The notes under the pieces are model-generated. The model ran no database searches and was not told the DNA's origin. It was given only the letters and a program-made list of their open reading frames with translations. Position numbers and translations under genes: made by a program. DNA of 64,000 bases from an uncultured Acidobacteriota bacterium (lineage in GTDB: Bacteria > Acidobacteriota > JAQAZP01), in contig CAWIIB010000009.1 in NCBI GenBank assembly GCA_963836075.1, positions 1,440,001 to 1,504,000 on the forward strand, in the 5' to 3' direction. Below, piece by piece: positions 59,156 to 64,000 of this stretch (position 1 is the first letter of the stretch; each line of letters opens with the position of its first letter).

Positions 59156-59286
59156 ATGCCGGATTCCGTCCGGCGGCCGGCAGATAGTAATCGCGCACCG
59201 GTGACCGGGACTTCCAGGGCCAGCACCCGCAGTTGGCCGTCACCTTCCTTGGCGTGCGCCGTTGCGGGCGACGGACCGGGGGTATC

Positions 59287-60693
59287 ATGAATCTCAAGGC
59301 CTTTCTCGTTCTTCTCGCCGCGCTGGTGCTTGTTTTCGGCACCTCCTTCCTGATCATCGGAAACCACGAAGTCCTCAAGCAGGACTTTACGGTGTACAAG
59401 GATCTCGTGATCCCGATGTACATCATGCTCGCCCTGTCCTTTGGGTGCGGCCTGCTGATCTCCTTTGTCTGGATCCTGCTCAGCGGGTTCCGGACCTCGT
59501 TCATCAACTGGCGGCGCAACCGCCAGTTGCGGGCCGGAGAGGCGGTGGAACTGGAATATGGCCGGGGGGTGGAGGAGATCCTCAGCGGCCGGGACGAGAT
59601 GGCCTTGAAGCACTTCCAGAAAGCGCTGGAGCGTGACCCGAAGCACCTCAAGTCGTTGCTGCGGTCGGGCGAGACGGAACGGAAACTGGGCCGTCTGGAC
59701 GAGGCGGCTGAACTGCACCAGAAGGCCCACCACCTGGCCGAAGAAGAGGTGGCCCCGCTGTACGCCCTGGCCGATGATTACGAGGCCATGGAGGACTGGG
59801 GCCGGCTGGAAAACTGCCTGAAGAAGATCGTGGAACTGAAGCCCAAGGTCAGTTTCACCTCGTATCGCCGCCTGCGGGATCTCTACATCCGTCTTAATCG
59901 CTGGGAGGAGGCCGAAGCGGTGCAGAGCCGCATCCACTCCTGGCGGGGACGTGACGGCGGGGTCAAGGACGAGGAGAACGAACTGCTGGGGATCCGTTAT
60001 CAGCTCGGCCAGCAGAAAAGGGCCGCCATGCAGCTCAAGGAGGCGATCTCGGAGTTCCGCAAGCTGCTTAAAAAGCGGCCCGATTTCATCCCGGCCCACC
60101 TGGCCATGGGCGAAACGCAGCTGGAGAACGAGAACCACCGCCTGGCCCTGGAAACCTGGGAAAAGGGCTTCCTGGCCACCAACTCTCCCATTTTCCTCGA
60201 GCGGATCTCGGAGTTTCTGCTGGAGCGCGACGACCCGCAGACGGCCATCGAGATTCACCGCCGGGTGGCCGCCCGGTCACGCAAGGACATCATCTCCCGT
60301 TTCATGCTCGGCAAGCTGTACTACCGCCTGGAGATGGTGGACGACGCCAACGACGTCTTCATTTCCCTGCGGGAGGAGATGGCCCATTCACCCACTCTGC
60401 ACTACCTGCTGGCGCGCATCCAGCAGCGGCGGGGCGACTTCGAGGGGGCGGTGAACTCGTACCGCCAGGTGATTCGCGAGCTGCAGTCCGTGGAACTGAA
60501 CTACGAGTGCACCAGCTGCCACACCGAGTACGAGAACTGGACCGACCGCTGCGCCGGTTGCAACTCCTGGGGCACCATCGAGGTGCTGATGAAGGAGAAC
60601 GTCGCGGCCGAGGCGCTGGGGTTGAGCAGCCGCCCGATCTATCTCCCCCGGCGGGATGACCGGTTGCTGCTGGGCGGCAAAAGTCCGGTCTGA
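59287..60693 (+). CDS. LapA-LapB-like fusion (N-terminal TM hairpin, TPR repeats, C-terminal rubredoxin-like Cys motif)
   Basis: Two N-terminal TM segments; TPR helices; YECTSC...CAGCNSWGT as in LapB/YciM. Confidence 0.75.
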   Translation: MNLKAFLVLLAALVLVFGTSFLIIGNHEVLKQDFTVYKDLVIPMYIMLALSFGCGLLISFVWILLSGFRTSFINWRRNRQLRAGEAVELEYGRGVEEILSGRDEMALKHFQKALERDPKHLKSLLRSGETERKLGRLDEAAELHQKAHHLAEEEVAPLYALADDYEAMEDWGRLENCLKKIVELKPKVSFTSYRRLRDLYIRLNRWEEAEAVQSRIHSWRGRDGGVKDEENELLGIRYQLGQQKRAAMQLKEAISEFRKLLKKRPDFIPAHLAMGETQLENENHRLALETWEKGFLATNSPIFLERISEFLLERDDPQTAIEIHRRVAARSRKDIISRFMLGKLYYRLEMVDDANDVFISLREEMAHSPTLHYLLARIQQRRGDFEGAVNSYRQVIRELQSVELNYECTSCHTEYENWTDRCAGCNSWGTIEVLMKENVAAEALGLSSRPIYLPRRDDRLLLGGKSPV

Positions 60694-60768
60694 ACCCGAG
60701 CCCTGCTTCACTCGCCTGCCACCCTGGCTGACAGTTGCGTCACGCCTGATCCCTGTACCCCGATACCC

Positions 60769-61557
60769 ATGGCCGGGCATCACCGCAGACCTGCGAGACC
60801 TCTTATCGCCGCGGCGCTCCGCCGGGCCGGACAGGCTTCCGCTGCGGCAGCCACCGTCCTGGTGGAGGGCGCCCTTGCCCTGCTCTATCCGCCGGCCTGC
60901 GCCGTGTGTGACACGCCCCTTGCCGGCCACGACGGTTTGCGTGCCGGGTTCTGCTGCCGCTGTCTGGCCGCCATGCCGCTGGTCCGGGAGACCGATTCGC
61001 CGGGCGCGGCGGTGGCTTCGGCGGAGGCCGGGTTCCCGGTGGCGGCGGCGGGGGAATATGGCGGCCCGCTGCGCGATGCTGTCCACCTGCTGAAATACTC
61101 CCGCCGGGACGATCTGGCCCGGCCACTGGCCGCCCTGATGGGCGACCTGGTGATCCGGCTGGAGCGCGAGCGGGGAGGTGCCTGGACACGGTCCCGGCTG
61201 CTGGTGCCGGTGCCGCTTCACCCGGGACGGGAGCGGCAGCGGGGATACAACCAGGCGCGGCTGCTGGCCGCCCGGCTTTCCCGCCGTTTTGGCATTCCTC
61301 TGGCCCCCGGGAGGGCCCTGCGCCGGCGCTGGCGCACCGTGCCCCAGACCGGCCGCGGGGCGGGCTGGCGGCGGGAAAACATGCGTGGAGCCTTTCGCGC
61401 CGGCTGGCGCAAGGGTCTGGCCGGAAAACGGGTGCTGCTGGTGGATGACGTGATCACCACCGGAGCGACGCTGGAAGCGTGCGCCGCAGCGTTGCGCGCT
61501 GCCGGCGCCGGCCCGGTGACCGGACTGGTGCTGGCCCGCACCCCGAAGAAAAAATGA
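60769..61557 (+). CDS. comF: ComF-family phosphoribosyltransferase-like protein
   Basis: LYPPACAVC...CCRC, VPVPLHP.R.RQRGYNQ, VLLVDDVITTGAT. Confidence 0.88.
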   Translation: MAGHHRRPARPLIAAALRRAGQASAAAATVLVEGALALLYPPACAVCDTPLAGHDGLRAGFCCRCLAAMPLVRETDSPGAAVASAEAGFPVAAAGEYGGPLRDAVHLLKYSRRDDLARPLAALMGDLVIRLERERGGAWTRSRLLVPVPLHPGRERQRGYNQARLLAARLSRRFGIPLAPGRALRRRWRTVPQTGRGAGWRRENMRGAFRAGWRKGLAGKRVLLVDDVITTGATLEACAAALRAAGAGPVTGLVLARTPKKK

Positions 61558-61598
61558 CGGGGAACCCGTCATGACAAGAGGTGTCACCACTTGTCATG
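61554..61598. terminator. Two overlapping inverted repeats between convergent comF and the TlpA gene
   Basis: ATGACGGG-GAA-CCCGTCAT and CATGACAAG...CTTGTCATG, flanked by A- and T-runs. Confidence 0.5.
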
Positions 61599-61601
61599 CC
61601 C

Positions 61602-62834
61602 CTATTTTTTCTGCTGCAGCAGCTTGATCGCCAGTTCCTCGATCTGCCGCCGTACCGGGGCGGTCTCCCCGAGGAAGGTGCCGCGCACCACGCCCTGGCG
61701 GTCGACGAGGATGAAGTTGGGGATGCCGGCCACACCGAGAGAGGCGAAGAGGGTGTCGCCCTCGGCCGCCACGCCCACCGGCCAGGTCAGCTGGTGGGAA
61801 GCGGCGAACGCTTCGATCAGCTCCAGCTCCTTCTCCGGCGGGGTGTCGTCGATTCTGGTCTCCTCGTCCTCGTAGTAGCCGTAGAGACGGGTCAGGCCCA
61901 CCACCCGCAGCCCCGCAGCACCGTGGCGCTGCTGCAGCTCGCGGAGGAAGGGGAACGATTTGCGGCAGGGAGGGCACCAGGGGGCCCAGAGGTCGAGGAG
62001 GCCCACCTCTCCGTCCAGCAGGGTGGCCAGGTCGGCGACGTTCGGTTCCGTGCCGACCCAGGTCAGTTCGGGCAACTGGGGCAGGGGCTGTTTCACCAGG
62101 CCGTGCTGGTGGATGAAGTTCACCATCCGGGTGTTCAGGTTCTGGTCATCGGGAAAGCGGGCCATGGCGTCGCGGGCCGCCGCCGCGGCCAGATCCTCGC
62201 TGCCTGCGTCGCGGTGGATGTAGGCGATCCACCTTGCGGCCACCGGGGCCAGGCGCTGGTCCCCGCTGTCCCGCACCAGCTCCAGCAGGGGCAGGGTGTC
62301 GGCCCAGCGGCTCTCCTCCTCGTAGGCCTCCACCAGCTGGAACACCAGGCCGTTGAAACTGCCGGTGACCGCGGGGGTGACGCTTCTGTCGGCCACCGCC
62401 ATCAGGTGCTCCTGTGCCCGGTCGGGGTCGCCGGTGTCCAGGCGGGCGTCCGCCGCAGCCATCCGGGCCAGGTCGGACATCTCACCTTCAAAACCGGGGA
62501 GGTTGGTTTCCAGCAGGGTCCGGGCATCTTCCGGCCGCCCGGCGGCCTGCAGCAGGGACCCGGCATAGAACGCGGCATCGCCCTGCAGGCCGGGCACTTC
62601 TTCGCCCAGCAGCCGCACGGCCTCTTCCTTCAGTTTCCCGGCCCGCGCTTCACGGTCGGCCGCGGTCTCGCCTTCAGGTTGGGCCTCGGAATAGGCGATC
62701 CACTCCTGGTAGGCATTCTCGAAACGAGCGGAGTGGTCAACCATGCAGCCGGCCATGGTGAGCAGCAGGACGATTCCCGGGAGGGCGGTGAATAGTGCCG
62801 GCAGGGCCGGCTTCACGCAGTGTTCAGTTGTCAT
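61602..62834 (-). CDS. TlpA/ResA-like thioredoxin-fold lipoprotein with N-terminal helical repeats
   Basis: Lipobox TMAGC; DLWAPWCPPC; GIPNFILVDRQGVVR. Confidence 0.85.
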   Translation of the reverse strand: MTTEHCVKPALPALFTALPGIVLLLTMAGCMVDHSARFENAYQEWIAYSEAQPEGETAADREARAGKLKEEAVRLLGEEVPGLQGDAAFYAGSLLQAAGRPEDARTLLETNLPGFEGEMSDLARMAAADARLDTGDPDRAQEHLMAVADRSVTPAVTGSFNGLVFQLVEAYEEESRWADTLPLLELVRDSGDQRLAPVAARWIAYIHRDAGSEDLAAAAARDAMARFPDDQNLNTRMVNFIHQHGLVKQPLPQLPELTWVGTEPNVADLATLLDGEVGLLDLWAPWCPPCRKSFPFLRELQQRHGAAGLRVVGLTRLYGYYEDEETRIDDTPPEKELELIEAFAASHQLTWPVGVAAEGDTLFASLGVAGIPNFILVDRQGVVRGTFLGETAPVRRQIEELAIKLLQQKK

Positions 62835-62845
62835 GGTCACTCTCC

Positions 62846-63688
62846 TCAGTGCTCGCGGTGTTCGCCGTGGCCGTGGCGGCACTGGTGGTCATGCTCTTCA
62901 TGGCAGTCGTGATCGTGTTTTTCGTGGCATCCGTGATGCTGGTGTCCGCACCCCGTATCAGCCGCCACCCCGAGGGTCGCCCGCAGCAGATTGGGCAGCC
63001 CGGGGAAAGTGCGCTGGCCGCAGCCGTACCCGGTGCGTTCGGGGCGGATGGAGAGGGCCAGCCGTTCCTCGCTGAGGGTGCAGAGCAGGGCGGCGCCGGT
63101 GGGGGTGGTCAGTTCCCCCTCCAGGTCGAGATAGTCGAGGGTCCGGCCCTGGACCAGGGCCAGGGTGGCGGGCGCCGGAACCGGGATCACCCCGTGGGCC
63201 GCCCGGATGGTCCCGCGACCGGTCTTCAGCGGACCGGCAAAGACCCGCTCCACCCCCAGGTGGTGGATCCCCAGGCAGGTGCCGGTGATGTCGGCGATGG
63301 CGTCCACCGCGCCCACCTCGTGGAAGTGGACCTTTTCCGGCGGCACGCCGTGGACGTGGCCTTCGGCGTCGGCCAGCCGGCGAAAAACCGCCGAGGAGGC
63401 CGCCTTCACCTGGTCGGGGAGGGTCGAGTCACCGATCATGCCGAGGATCTTCCCCAGGTGCCGGTGATGGGTCGATTCCTCCAGGACATCCACGGCCAGC
63501 TGCGTGGCTCTGATGCCGTGCTCTTCGCGGTGTCCGTGTCCGAAAGCCACCACGCCGGGGCCCAGCAGGCCGTCCATCGCCTCCTGGAGCAGTTCCACGG
63601 GGACACCGAGGTCCACCAGGGCGCCGAGGCACATATCACCGCTGGCGCCGCCCACGCATTCAAAGTAGAGATCTTTGCCCACGGCCAT
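62846..63688 (-). CDS. larC: LarC N-terminal part (nickel-pincer cofactor metallase family) with His/Cys-rich tail
   Basis: GASGDMCLGALVDLG, HRHL, AE.HVHG...VHFHEVGAVDAIADI, HG.IPVPAPAT, ELTTPTGAA, GYG.G, PNLLR; 280 aa, ending in HQHHGCHEKHDHDCHEEHDHQCRHGHGEHREH. Confidence 0.88.
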   Translation of the reverse strand: MAVGKDLYFECVGGASGDMCLGALVDLGVPVELLQEAMDGLLGPGVVAFGHGHREEHGIRATQLAVDVLEESTHHRHLGKILGMIGDSTLPDQVKAASSAVFRRLADAEGHVHGVPPEKVHFHEVGAVDAIADITGTCLGIHHLGVERVFAGPLKTGRGTIRAAHGVIPVPAPATLALVQGRTLDYLDLEGELTTPTGAALLCTLSEERLALSIRPERTGYGCGQRTFPGLPNLLRATLGVAADTGCGHQHHGCHEKHDHDCHEEHDHQCRHGHGEHREH

Positions 63689-63778
63689 CCCCCTCCACTA
63701 GAATAATTGCTTCCCAGCCCTTGCTCACACAGTAGACCACGGTCCCCCCGGGGGTCAAGTTAACACCGCCCGGGACAA

Positions 63779-63807
63779 TTGACTGACCCTGGCCCTTGGC
63801 ATATAAT
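63779..63807 (+). promoter_or_regulatory. Sigma70 promoter
   Basis: TTGACT (63779-63784), 17 nt, TATAAT (63802-63807). Confidence 0.7.
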
Positions 63808-63919
63808 TGATTTGTAATAGTTTCTGCGATAAGTGCAGTTCTGGCAGAGACTTCCGCCACCCGGGCCTTCCCGCCCGGGCAGGGGAGCCTGCGGAGCTTG
63901 GAATGAAAGAGCGAAACCA

Positions 63920-64000
63920 ATGAAATCAATAGAAATCATGAAGCTGATGATCCTGGTTGGACCGATCGTCGGCGGGGTGATCGGCTACACCATCGCCCTC
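63920..64000 (+). CDS. Membrane protein, 5' fragment (runs off window)
   Basis: MKSIEIMKLMILVGPIVGGVIGYTIAL, hydrophobic, downstream of the strong promoter. Confidence 0.55.
   Translation, partial: MKSIEIMKLMILVGPIVGGVIGYTIAL

Noticed and set aside
58794-59204. C-terminal ~135 aa of the 235-aa ORF 58497-59204
   Set aside because: Low-information Arg/Gly/Pro text overlapping a clear DksA domain in another frame.
62743-62900. Programmed frameshift from larC1 into a larC2
   Set aside because: The downstream sequence encodes the TlpA lipoprotein with its own RBS; no LarC C-terminal motifs in any listed frame.

Overview
High-GC (roughly two-thirds G+C by eye) chromosomal DNA from a diderm bacterium (TolC, LapA/B, many lipoprotein signals); the taxon cannot be fixed from the sequence. 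Bases 1-44.2 kb form an envelope and surface-glycan island. It contains a secreted protein with its own promoter and terminator, queDEC, and a glycosyltransferase cluster with a Twitch-type radical SAM enzyme, a probably inactive GT2, a 1250-aa methyltransferase-GT2-GT4 fusion and a second methyltransferase. It also holds seven paralogous sulfatase-fold lipoproteins that all have Thr instead of the Cys/Ser-x-P-x-R formylglycine motif and all end in LxALGY; they flank a ~1280-aa FG-GAP/Ca-binding surface protein. An MMPL/RND exporter and an adaptor-permease-TolC set without an ATPase follow. Bases 44.3-64 kb are mostly housekeeping: an orphan FlgM-like gene, a stand-alone EF-G paralog, a HisJ-type phosphatase, folK/dNK/panBCD interrupted by an oppositely oriented FG-GAP gene, rplU-rpmA-obgE-nadD-rsfS, a histone-like/DksA fusion, lapAB, comF, a TlpA lipoprotein and a truncated His-tailed larC. 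Three apparent single-base frameshifts all lie next to GTAC. I found no rRNA, tRNA, CRISPR array, transposase or integrase. The best candidate for an undescribed system is the Thr-type 'sulfatase' lipoprotein array combined with the glycan cluster and the surface protein. All family calls come from motif recognition by eye, not database searches.
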